Positions 36,121-44,624 of a stretch of DNA of 64,000 nt are shown piece after piece. Position numbers and translations under genes: made by a program. The notes beneath the pieces are model-generated. The model saw only the letters and a list, made by a program, of their open reading frames with translations, was not told the origin of the DNA and did no database searches. Within the stretch, counting starts at the first letter, position 1. Each line of letters opens with the position of its first letter. Source of the stretch: Phycisphaerae bacterium (GTDB lineage: Bacteria; Planctomycetota; Phycisphaerae; UBA1845; Fen-1342); contig JASFQK010000002.1 of assembly GCA_050115495.1 (NCBI GenBank), positions 128,001-192,000 on the forward strand, in the 5' to 3' direction.

Positions 36121-36906
36121 CTAGTCTCGGGAAACCACGTGCACGAGCTTGCCGAGCGTTTGCTGCAGAAGATCATCGTGCGGGTACGCCTCGCCGACGT
36201 GTTGCCGAAAGCCTTCGCCATCGGCGCAGCCGGCCTCCTGTCCGCGCTGCTGACTGCGGGTGCGCATGTGCGATACGAGCGCGCCCTGCTCCTGTCGGCC
36301 GGAGGCGTCGTCGTGGAGGGCGACCATGCGCTGCTTGGCGTCCATCGTCGAGCTGACGTCCACAACGAGGGCGGTGCGAACCGGTCGGCCGAGGAAGTCC
36401 TTCCCGTCGAGCGGATCGAAGTAGTACAGGTGAGGAGCGCGCGGCAGCGGCTCCCGGCCACCGGGTGACGACGTGGTCGCGTACGATCGCTGCGGCGCGG
36501 AGAAGCAGGCCTGCCGCACGATGCGGCTGGTCTCCTCGTGATCGTGGATGGGGTCGAGCGCCGAGTGCGTCAGGACGATGCTCGGCCGCGCGGCGCGAAC
36601 CAGGCCGGTCGTTTGTCGACACGGCGCGTCGCTGAAGAAGATGTTGAAACCGGGCCCTTGCATGCAATGGAATTCCGCGTCGAGGACGGCGGCCGCCCGC
36701 TGGGCCCGGGACAGCCGATCTTCGTGGCCGGCGTTACTCGCTTGCTCCTTCGCCCGCAGCACGCCCGACGTCATCGTGGCCACCACGACGCGCCAGCCGC
36801 GCTCGTGCAGCAGGGCCAGCGTGCCCGCGCACAGGCACTCGACAGCTCCTGGATGGGCACCGATGGCCAGGACCGTCTTGCCTTCTGGCGATGCGCTCAC
36901 ACCCAC
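36121..36906 (-). CDS. PIG-L/LmbE family deacetylase homolog with a degenerate active site
   Basis: VLAIGAHP..VE..CAGTLALL...GW.V...TMTSG, P.IVLTH...D...DH..T; HPDD is replaced by HPGA. Confidence 0.75.
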   Translation of the reverse strand: MGVSASPEGKTVLAIGAHPGAVECLCAGTLALLHERGWRVVVATMTSGVLRAKEQASNAGHEDRLSRAQRAAAVLDAEFHCMQGPGFNIFFSDAPCRQTTGLVRAARPSIVLTHSALDPIHDHEETSRIVRQACFSAPQRSYATTSSPGGREPLPRAPHLYYFDPLDGKDFLGRPVRTALVVDVSSTMDAKQRMVALHDDASGRQEQGALVSHMRTRSQQRGQEAGCADGEGFRQHVGEAYPHDDLLQQTLGKLVHVVSRD

Positions 36907-37151
36907 TTCCTTGTCACTCCAGGTCGTTGGCCGCCATTGCCGCAGTTATCGGTCTGAGCAGATTTCATCGCTCGGTGCGGCTCAGCCCGGGCGGTGCCTT
37001 CCCGGGGGCGGCCGGATGCTCTCGACTTGCAGGCAGGATGTACCTGCCCGCCCCGACACGGCCCCTCCGGGGTGTCTCGCCGATACAACTGCACCGCGCG
37101 CCACGTTAGAGAGACCCCCGGCCAGCGTCAAGCCCGCGGGCTGGAAGGTGT

Positions 37152-38474
37152 CAGGGCGATCGCATCTTAATTTCCCTGCGAGAGGATCTTGAGCAGATAG
37201 TCGTGGTCCCAGCCGCAGCAGAGGCGTTTGGACTTGAGGCCCGCTTTCTTGCTCGATTCGGCTTTCAGCAGGTTCAGGGCGATCCGACTGAGCCGGGAGA
37301 AGTTCTCCGCCGCGTGGCCCGTACGCAGGCGGCGGCGGTCCTCGTCGAACACCACGTCCAGCCGCCAGTGCAGCCGGTTCTCGACGCCCCAGTGGTCCCG
37401 CACCCGCTGCAGCATCCGCTCGGCGTCGCACGTCTCCACGCTGCTGATGTAGTAACGCCGATCCGTGGAGCACTCACCGTTCACTTCCCGGCTCGACTCC
37501 ACGCAGGCGAAGCTGCCCAGGTTTGCCCACGCCGCACCGTCCGGCAGCCAATCGACGTCGGTCGTCATCCAACAGCGACGCGTCTCCAGCCGGCCGTGGC
37601 CCTTGTCGACCTCTTCCACATAGTCATGTGCGACCGCGTGGGCATCCTGTCGCCGACACTCATCGAACAGCAGTTGAAGTTCCTTTTCCAGCTTGGGCTG
37701 ATTGCCTTTGACTGGCAGCACGTAATCGGCCCCACAGGCGATGGCCTTCTCGGCAATCGCCTTCTGACAGCCCATCGCGTCCGTGGTCACCACCGCCCCG
37801 TCCAGATCCAGCAACTCCAGCAACTGCGGAATCGCCGTGATCTCGTTGCTCTTGGCGTCGGTCACGAGTTGCCCCAGCACGGTCTGGTTGTGCTCGCACC
37901 AGGCGCTGACCATATGGATCGCCGATTGCCCGGCGACGCGATCGAAACTGCCACGGAGCGTCTTGCCGTCGATCGCGACCAGGCGACCCAACGGCTTGTC
38001 CGCCAGAGCGTTGATCCACTTCAGGAAACACTGCTCGAACTGACGCGGGTCGAGTCGGGCGAAGACGCGGCCGAAGGTGTCGTGCGAGGGGATGCCGTGG
38101 GGCAAATGAAGGAACGTGCGGAACCACTTGAGCTTGGACTGGCCAAACAACTCGACCTGGGCCCAGCCGTCGACACCGCAGATCACGGCGCAGATGGCGA
38201 TGATCAGGATATCGTTGAGGGAGTGCCGTTTGGTCCGATCCACACGCGGGTCCTCAAGATCGCGAAAATGGCGCAGCAGGCCAGAGTGGGCTCCAACTTC
38301 CATGTTGCAGCTCCTTTCAACAACGAAGTTGACGTTGTTGGCGAGGCCTCGCCGATCCAGTGGACGGTGACCCTACCCAACGGCCGCGATTGGCGCAACC
38401 CTAACAAACATAAAACAACCCAAACCCCTCGCATCCACACCACGCAACACCACGATTTAGATGCGATCGCCCTG
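37152..38474 (-). mobile_element. Complete ISAs1-family insertion sequence (1323 bp)
   Basis: Perfect 16-bp terminal inverted repeats CAGGGCGATCGCATCT (37152-37167 and 38459-38474); 8-bp target duplication GAAGGTGT (37144-37151 and 38475-38482). Confidence 0.93.
37167..38303 (-). CDS. ISAs1 family DDE transposase
   Basis: DPR....H.L.DI, GIPSHDTFGRVF, AIDGKTLRGS, KSNEITAIP, TDAMGCQ, KGHGRLETR and HWGVENRLHWRLDV. Confidence 0.95.
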   Translation of the reverse strand: MEVGAHSGLLRHFRDLEDPRVDRTKRHSLNDILIIAICAVICGVDGWAQVELFGQSKLKWFRTFLHLPHGIPSHDTFGRVFARLDPRQFEQCFLKWINALADKPLGRLVAIDGKTLRGSFDRVAGQSAIHMVSAWCEHNQTVLGQLVTDAKSNEITAIPQLLELLDLDGAVVTTDAMGCQKAIAEKAIACGADYVLPVKGNQPKLEKELQLLFDECRRQDAHAVAHDYVEEVDKGHGRLETRRCWMTTDVDWLPDGAAWANLGSFACVESSREVNGECSTDRRYYISSVETCDAERMLQRVRDHWGVENRLHWRLDVVFDEDRRRLRTGHAAENFSRLSRIALNLLKAESSKKAGLKSKRLCCGWDHDYLLKILSQGN

Positions 38475-39760
38475 GAAGGTGTCGAGCCGCCGGCGGGGTG
38501 GCCGAGGTCCGCGTGAAGCCGCCGCATTTGCAGGGCTCCCCACATGAAACCGACGGCCGCCAGCAGCAACGGCCATACGAAGCTGCCGGTGAGCTTGTAT
38601 ATCCCCATGCCGAGACCCTCGAACAGCACGCCGCGCACGCCGACGAGAGTGGCATGGATGGCGGCATACTGAGGCACTTTCTCTGATGTCCCGGCGAGCG
38701 TCACGGGTCCCAGCGTCCAGCCGAACATGACGCCGCCCAGCCCGACGCCCCACACAACCGACGCCGCCGCCACGCCGCCCGGCCCGCCCGCGGCCAGCAG
38801 CATTAGCGGATAAGCCGCCAATACGGCGAACGACAGAGCCGACGTCCGTATCGGGCCGAAGCGGTCGAGGAGGAAGCCCGCCGGCAACGTGCAGAGCAGC
38901 GTGGCCAGCTTGGTGACCATGAGCGTCGAGTGGGCGTAGTCCTCGTAACGCATGCCGAGCCGGTCGGTGGCCAGCACGGGGAGCAGGGCGTCGCAGATCA
39001 TGTACGCCGCCCCGTACGTCATAAAGGCGATCTCATAGCGCAGGAACGCCCGATCGGCCCGCAGCACGCGGCGCATGTGCCAGACCGGTTCGAGCAGGAC
39101 CTTCCAGGAGCGGGGCGGCTCGGCGAGCACGTCGTGGTCGGCCTGTGTGCGGCGGACGAGCTGCCACAGGAGGACGATGCCGGCTAACTGCACCGCCGTC
39201 GCCGCCGGGAAGTAGATGCGAAACGCCTCTGGGTCGGCTTCGAGCCAGCGGCCGACGACGTAGATAGCCAGAACGCTGCCGACGAGCGTGGCCAGGTTCA
39301 GCACGGCGAACATGCGTCCGCGCACAGCGTCCGCGTAGAAGTGCTTCAGCAGCCGGCCGTTGAGCGGCGTCCAGCCGGCGTAACCGGCGGCGCCTGCCAC
39401 GTGGCAGAGCAGCAGGGCCCAGTAGCCGTGCACGAAACCGATGCAGCCCAGCGGCAACGCCGCACTCAGCCAGAAGATGACCAGATAGCGGCGGAGCGTC
39501 ACGCGGCGGAGCAGCTCTGCCCAGAAGATCGAGCTCATCATGAACGTGGGCAACGCCGCCGTGACGAGCATCGTTTGCCAGTCGCGATCGTCGTTGTCGG
39601 CGGCGCCGAAGCGCAGCCGCACCAGCAGCGGCACCAGCCACAGCACGTTGGCGAACAGAATCGAGTGCAGGAACATGTAGACGACGTGGCCGGCCAGCAG
39701 CAGACCCGGACGGGGCGCCGCCGTGGACGATACGCCAGTGTCGGGCTGCGTGTGGCTCAT
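38204..39760 (-). CDS. MFS transporter whose C-terminus now reads through into the IS
   Basis: About 12 TM helices; RGRMFA and GFLLDRFGP MFS motifs; the last 89 aa are encoded by IS DNA. Confidence 0.8.
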   Translation of the reverse strand: MSHTQPDTGVSSTAAPRPGLLLAGHVVYMFLHSILFANVLWLVPLLVRLRFGAADNDDRDWQTMLVTAALPTFMMSSIFWAELLRRVTLRRYLVIFWLSAALPLGCIGFVHGYWALLLCHVAGAAGYAGWTPLNGRLLKHFYADAVRGRMFAVLNLATLVGSVLAIYVVGRWLEADPEAFRIYFPAATAVQLAGIVLLWQLVRRTQADHDVLAEPPRSWKVLLEPVWHMRRVLRADRAFLRYEIAFMTYGAAYMICDALLPVLATDRLGMRYEDYAHSTLMVTKLATLLCTLPAGFLLDRFGPIRTSALSFAVLAAYPLMLLAAGGPGGVAAASVVWGVGLGGVMFGWTLGPVTLAGTSEKVPQYAAIHATLVGVRGVLFEGLGMGIYKLTGSFVWPLLLAAVGFMWGALQMRRLHADLGHPAGGSTPSRAIASKSWCCVVWMRGVWVVLCLLGLRQSRPLGRVTVHWIGEASPTTSTSLLKGAATWKLEPTLACCAIFAILRTRVWIGPNGTPSTIS

Positions 39761-39803
39761 GCGGACCCGAACGCGTCACCGGTGGCGGGCGCCGCCGTTT
39801 GCG

Positions 39804-41234
39804 TCACGACCCTCCGTCGTCGTCGCCGACGTAGCCGAGCGAGCGCAGGCGATCCAGCACCTGCGGGTCGATGCCCTCGCCGAAGGGCTTGTCGACGAAG
39901 GGGTCGAGCGCTTCGAGGGCGGTGAGCAGGCGGCGAGCTTGGTCGGCATGCTCGCTGAACACGTTGCGGGCCTCATGCGGATCGTCGGTGAGGTGGAAGA
40001 GCTCGCTCTGCTGTGGGTGGCGTGGGCGGAAGATCAGCTTCCACTCGCGGCTCATCATGCAGTGCAGCAAATCGTCGAGCGGCCGCCGGGCCAGCAGCCG
40101 CTGGGCGTTCAGGTCGTACAGGATCAGGGCGTCGGCGTAGGCCATGCGCGGCAGATCCGACTGGCCCTGGAGGAGCGGGCGGAGACTGAGGCCGTCGACG
40201 GGTGCGGGCGACGCCACGCCCAGCGCTTCGAGCACCGTCGGATAGATGTCCATTTCACGCACGAGGTCGCCGATGACCTGGTTGCGCGGCCCGTCGGGCA
40301 GGCGGACAATGTACGGCACGCGGATCTGCTCCTGGTAGAGGATGCGGTGGTGCCAGTGGTTGTGATCGCCGAGCCCTTCTCCGTGGTCGCCCAGGACCAC
40401 GATGATGGTGTTGTCGTAGCGCTTCGACTTCTTCAATTCGTCCAGGACGCGCCCGAATTGGGCGTCCATGTAGTCCACTTCGGCCGTGTAAAGGGCGCGC
40501 ATCTCGTCTTCGCGCGAGGCGCCCGGCGCGGGCCGGTACTTGTCCAGGTACTCCGCCGGCGGGACCAGCACGCCGTCGTGCGGATCCCAGTAGTGGATCC
40601 AGAGGAAGAAGGGATCCTTCGTCTGCTTCAGCCAGGCGAGTGCGGCGTCGGTGGTGCCGTCGGAGCGGCGCTGGTTGGCGGCGACGTCGTAGCCCCACAC
40701 GCCGTCCTCACCCTTGGTCATGACGTTGTCGACGCCGTGGCCCAGGCCGTTGTCGAAATGGGCGAAGCCGCGATCGAACCCGTAGAATTCGGAGACGGGG
40801 AACGCGCTGAGGACGGCGCCCGTGTGCCAGCCCTTCTCGCCGAGCACGGTGGCCAGCGTGGGGACGGCGTCGGGCAGACGATAGCCCGAAGCCGCGTACA
40901 GCACACGCACGCCGTGATGCTGCGGCAGCAGGCCGGTCAGGATCGAAGCGTGCGACACGGGTGTCAGCGCCGCCTGCACGATGCCCATGTCAAAGCGCGT
41001 TCCGTCGGCGGCGAGTGCGTCGAGATTCGGCGTCGTCTTCTGCGGGAAGCCGTAGCAGCTCAGGTAATCCGCCCGCGTCGTGTCGAGTGTGACCACGAGC
41101 ACGTTGTACTTGGGCGGCGCCGCGGTCTTGTCGTTGCCGCTGCCGCCGCAGCCGGCGACAGCCGCTAGTGCCACCACCCACCACAGATAACGCAGGCCCC
41201 GGTATGGCCCGATTTTCCCAGCACGCATCAGCAT
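39804..41234 (-). CDS. Sulfatase-like (alkaline phosphatase superfamily) lipoprotein (start approximate)
   Basis: Lipobox AVAGC; TLDTTRAD.L.CYG, TPNLD, SHASILTG, PFFLWIHYWDPH, GDHGEGLGDH and LRSLGYV. Confidence 0.85.
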   Translation of the reverse strand: MLMRAGKIGPYRGLRYLWWVVALAAVAGCGGSGNDKTAAPPKYNVLVVTLDTTRADYLSCYGFPQKTTPNLDALAADGTRFDMGIVQAALTPVSHASILTGLLPQHHGVRVLYAASGYRLPDAVPTLATVLGEKGWHTGAVLSAFPVSEFYGFDRGFAHFDNGLGHGVDNVMTKGEDGVWGYDVAANQRRSDGTTDAALAWLKQTKDPFFLWIHYWDPHDGVLVPPAEYLDKYRPAPGASREDEMRALYTAEVDYMDAQFGRVLDELKKSKRYDNTIIVVLGDHGEGLGDHNHWHHRILYQEQIRVPYIVRLPDGPRNQVIGDLVREMDIYPTVLEALGVASPAPVDGLSLRPLLQGQSDLPRMAYADALILYDLNAQRLLARRPLDDLLHCMMSREWKLIFRPRHPQQSELFHLTDDPHEARNVFSEHADQARRLLTALEALDPFVDKPFGEGIDPQVLDRLRSLGYVGDDDGGS

Positions 41235-41386
41235 ACCCCGGGTCAGGTTAGCCGAAGGAACACGCCCAGCCGGCCAGCCACCCCCAACGATCGGCAGCCG
41301 ACACACGACCACTTCCCGCCGGTCCCCGGCGACACGCCGAGCACCGACTCCATTCATTATATGAGGCGCACCGGCGGCTCACCAGT

Positions 41387-42295
41387 TCAGGCGCCGGCTG
41401 CGTCCGATAGCGGCTTGACGGCGTGCACTGTCACCACGTCCGCCAGCGTCATCGGCAGGACCAGCCGGCCGAGCGGCCCCAGCCGGGGCGAAACGTAGCG
41501 CCGGCCGCCGGCCATCGCCTCCAACCGTTCGACCAGGTAACGCAGCGTGTACCAGCAGATTTCGTAGCGCTGGCCGGCGGGTTCGAGACCGGCGCCCCGC
41601 AGCAAATGGCGCAGACTGGCAGGATTGAAGAACCACAGATGCTCGGGCAGCGTGAACAGGTGCCAGCGCGATCGGCTCAATCGGGCCGCCAGGCTCGCCG
41701 CATCGCCCGTGCTGAGCAGGAGCAGACCGCCCGGTCGCAGCACGTCGGCGACGGCGGTCAGCGCTGCCGACGGGTCGGGCAGGTGTTCGAGCACGTCCCA
41801 CATCGTAACCACGTCGAACGGCCCGTCGGGCAGATCCGCGCGGCAAATGTGCCCTTGGCGCACGTCCTGGCCGAGTTCACGCCGGGCGAATTCGATGGCA
41901 TACGTCGAGATTTCCACGCCGCTGGCGACGAAGCCCGCCTGCTGCGCCGCGGCGACGAAGTAGCCCGGGCCGCAGCCGGCGTCGAGCAGGCGTAGTTGCG
42001 CTCCCGCCGGCGAAGCGCCCCGCCGAAGCTGACGCGCAATCCACGACAGGCGCTGCCCGTGCGTGCGCGTCATCGCCTGGGCGAGCGAGAAGTAGTCCGC
42101 ATAACCCCGCCCGGTCTCCGTGCTCCGCCAGTAATCGGCGTCGTAGATGGCGGCGAGGTCGACGCCCGCCCACGCCCACGTGCCGAGGCCGCAGTCGGAG
42201 CAGCGCACGAGTTGCGTGCCGCGCACGTTGTGCCACGGGCGGAAGTCGCCGCCGCCACACGCCGGGCACGTGGCCGGCACGCCGTCGGCGGTCAT
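41387..42295 (-). CDS. Class I SAM-dependent methyltransferase with N-terminal zinc-binding motif
   Basis: CPACG...CSDCG, LLDAGCGPG, GVEIS, FDVVTMWDVLEHLPDP and PEHLWFF; ATGA overlap with the GT2 gene. Confidence 0.85.
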   Translation of the reverse strand: MTADGVPATCPACGGGDFRPWHNVRGTQLVRCSDCGLGTWAWAGVDLAAIYDADYWRSTETGRGYADYFSLAQAMTRTHGQRLSWIARQLRRGASPAGAQLRLLDAGCGPGYFVAAAQQAGFVASGVEISTYAIEFARRELGQDVRQGHICRADLPDGPFDVVTMWDVLEHLPDPSAALTAVADVLRPGGLLLLSTGDAASLAARLSRSRWHLFTLPEHLWFFNPASLRHLLRGAGLEPAGQRYEICWYTLRYLVERLEAMAGGRRYVSPRLGPLGRLVLPMTLADVVTVHAVKPLSDAAGA

Positions 42296-43302
42296 GGGGT
42301 GGATGCGTCCGGCTTGGCGTGATTTGGCGCCGGCTGCGCTGGCTTGGCTTCGGCCAGCTCGCGCACGACGTACAGCGGGCGATGCTTGACCTCTTCGTAC
42401 ACGCGGCCGACGTATTCGGCGACCATGCCCAGGCAGATCAACTGCACGCCGCCGAGGATCAGGATGGTGATGATCAGGGCCGGCCAGCCGCTGGCGATCT
42501 CGTCGCGGCCGACGAAGACCAGCACGCCGAGGATGTAGATCGCGTAGACCAGGCCGAGCACGAGCGTGATCGCGCCCAGGAACATGCTCAGCCGCAGCGG
42601 CACCGTGCTGAAGCTGAAGACGCTGTCGAGTTGCAGCCGGAAGCGCTTTCGGGGCGTGTAGGCCGGCTGGCCGGCGTGGCGGGTCGCCTGATCGTACGGA
42701 ATGCCGATCTGCCGGAAGCCCAGCCACGAGACCAGCCCGCGGACGAAGCGGTTTCGCTCGGGCATGCGCCGCAGGGCGTCGACGACCGCCCGATCGAGCA
42801 GGCGGAAGTCCGCCGCCTCGGCCGGGATCTGCACGTTGCACAGCCAGTTGTATAGGCGGTAGCCGAATCGTGGGCGTATGCCGCGGCGATAGGCGTAGAC
42901 GACCTCGTACCCGGCCCGCCATTGGGCGAGGAACTCGGGGATGAGTTCGGGCGGGTGCTGAAGGTCGGCGTCCATAACGATGACGGCCTGGCCGCGGGCC
43001 TGGTCGTACCCGGCGCAGATCGCGGCCTGGTGGCCGAAGTTCCGGCTGAACAGCACGCCGCGAACGTGCGGGTCGGCGGCCACCAGTCGGCGAATCTCGT
43101 CGGCGGTGCCGTCGCGGCTGCCGTCGTCGATGAGGAGAATCTCGTGTTCTGGCGCGGATTGTCGCAGACTGGCGGCCAGCCGCCGGTGCAACTCGGCCAA
43201 GCCGGGCCGTTCGTTGAAGCAGGGCACGACGACGCTGACGGTCGGCGAAGATCCGCCAGCCGGCGCCTGCAAGCCGCGTTGTCCGCCAGACTGCCCGCTC
43301 AC
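42292..43302 (-). CDS. GT2 polyprenol-phosphate glycosyltransferase (GtrB/ArnC-like)
   Basis: SVVVPCFNE, DDGSRDGT, FSRNFGHQAA, MDADLQHPP, DFRLLDR, two TM helices and EYVGRVYEEVK.RP.YVV. Confidence 0.92.
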   Translation of the reverse strand: MSGQSGGQRGLQAPAGGSSPTVSVVVPCFNERPGLAELHRRLAASLRQSAPEHEILLIDDGSRDGTADEIRRLVAADPHVRGVLFSRNFGHQAAICAGYDQARGQAVIVMDADLQHPPELIPEFLAQWRAGYEVVYAYRRGIRPRFGYRLYNWLCNVQIPAEAADFRLLDRAVVDALRRMPERNRFVRGLVSWLGFRQIGIPYDQATRHAGQPAYTPRKRFRLQLDSVFSFSTVPLRLSMFLGAITLVLGLVYAIYILGVLVFVGRDEIASGWPALIITILILGGVQLICLGMVAEYVGRVYEEVKHRPLYVVRELAEAKPAQPAPNHAKPDASTP

Positions 43303-43443
43303 CTGAGCACTCCAACCGCCGTCGCCGCCGTTGCCGCACGTGCGACGCCGTCGAAACCTAGCTCAAACGGGGTGCGGTGTCCATCGGGGCGGGGCGCGAT
43401 GGTTGGGGGCGAATCCGGTTGCGTATCGGTCAGCGCCGGGGGC

Positions 43444-44451
43444 CTAGTCTCGTTTGTGTTGGGCGGCCTTGCTCCGCATGCGTTCCGCCGCCGGGCGGAC
43501 GGATATCGTGCACTGCCACTTCATCTCTTGCTCCGAGACGTTGGGTTCGCCGTCGTCGATCTTGTCGGCGGTTTCGACGGTCTCCGCCCGTTCGGTGTAC
43601 GCCCACGTGAAGCGCATGAGGCCCAGGTTGCCGAGGTCGAATTCCACCGAGCCGTGGGCGTCCTTGTACTGGCGGTTGCGGTAGCGTACACCCCAGAGGC
43701 GCTCCGCGCGCTGCGGCGCTGACGAGGCGACCGGCTCAAGCGTGCACGAGACGCGGGCGCGGTTCGATTGCCCCTGGTCGATCTCCTCCAGTTTGAACGT
43801 GTGGCGGTCTGGACCGCGGTAGGTCTCCAGCGTCCGTTGCCAGCAGTCGTCGACGCGCACGTCCTTGAACGCGTAGACCATGGCCACCGTGTTCCAGGCC
43901 GTGGCCAGCTCTTCGCTGTCGAGAACCGACCGAAGGTGTGCCGGGTTCGCATCGTCGCCGGCGGCCCGCTCCGCCGCGGCCAGTATTTCCTTGGCGCCGT
44001 CGACGCGTTGTACGACGCCGTTGCGATCGAGCTCGACGGAGTACGTGCGTCCCAGCAGGTGGGCCAGGGCGGCGGCGTCTGGGTCCTCTGCCTTGGACAG
44101 GTCCATCGTGTCTGAGTCGGCCTGGATGACGTTGACCCCGTATTCCACGTTCACTGCGATGCGGTCGAAGGTGACGTCGAGCTTGAAGCCGCCTTCCGGC
44201 AGCCGGGCGCGTACGCGGCACAAGCTGCCCCACGTCTCGGTCACCCGCATGGGCGGCGGCGGTGGCGTGGTGGCGGGTGAGAGGCGCTGAAATACGGCTT
44301 CTCCCTGCCATTCCACGTAAAACTCCTGTCCGACGTCCCAGGTCGGTCGCAGCGACAGGACGTCATCCTCGCCGTCGTTGGCGCTGGCGCCGGCTGTGAT
44401 TACGAGGGCGAGCAGCACAGCGGTGTTTCGGAGCTGACGTAACGTGTTCAT
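43444..44451 (-). CDS. Hypothetical secreted protein (DUF6263-like)
   Basis: Signal peptide (ASA); SD GGAGG; beta-rich sequence. Confidence 0.6.
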   Translation of the reverse strand: MNTLRQLRNTAVLLALVITAGASANDGEDDVLSLRPTWDVGQEFYVEWQGEAVFQRLSPATTPPPPPMRVTETWGSLCRVRARLPEGGFKLDVTFDRIAVNVEYGVNVIQADSDTMDLSKAEDPDAAALAHLLGRTYSVELDRNGVVQRVDGAKEILAAAERAAGDDANPAHLRSVLDSEELATAWNTVAMVYAFKDVRVDDCWQRTLETYRGPDRHTFKLEEIDQGQSNRARVSCTLEPVASSAPQRAERLWGVRYRNRQYKDAHGSVEFDLGNLGLMRFTWAYTERAETVETADKIDDGEPNVSEQEMKWQCTISVRPAAERMRSKAAQHKRD

Positions 44452-44624
44452 GTCTGTCGCGAAGCCTCCCTCAATCGTGCCCCGAGTGCGGGCGGCAGGC
44501 GCTGCCCGCGACGACCTGCACGGCAGTATAACCGGTCCGGGGCCACGCGGCGGCGTGTCCGGCCGCGGTTTTCGCCATGTTGCCGGGGACTCTGCTCGGC
44601 GCGATCCCGCGTCACTGGCGGCGG

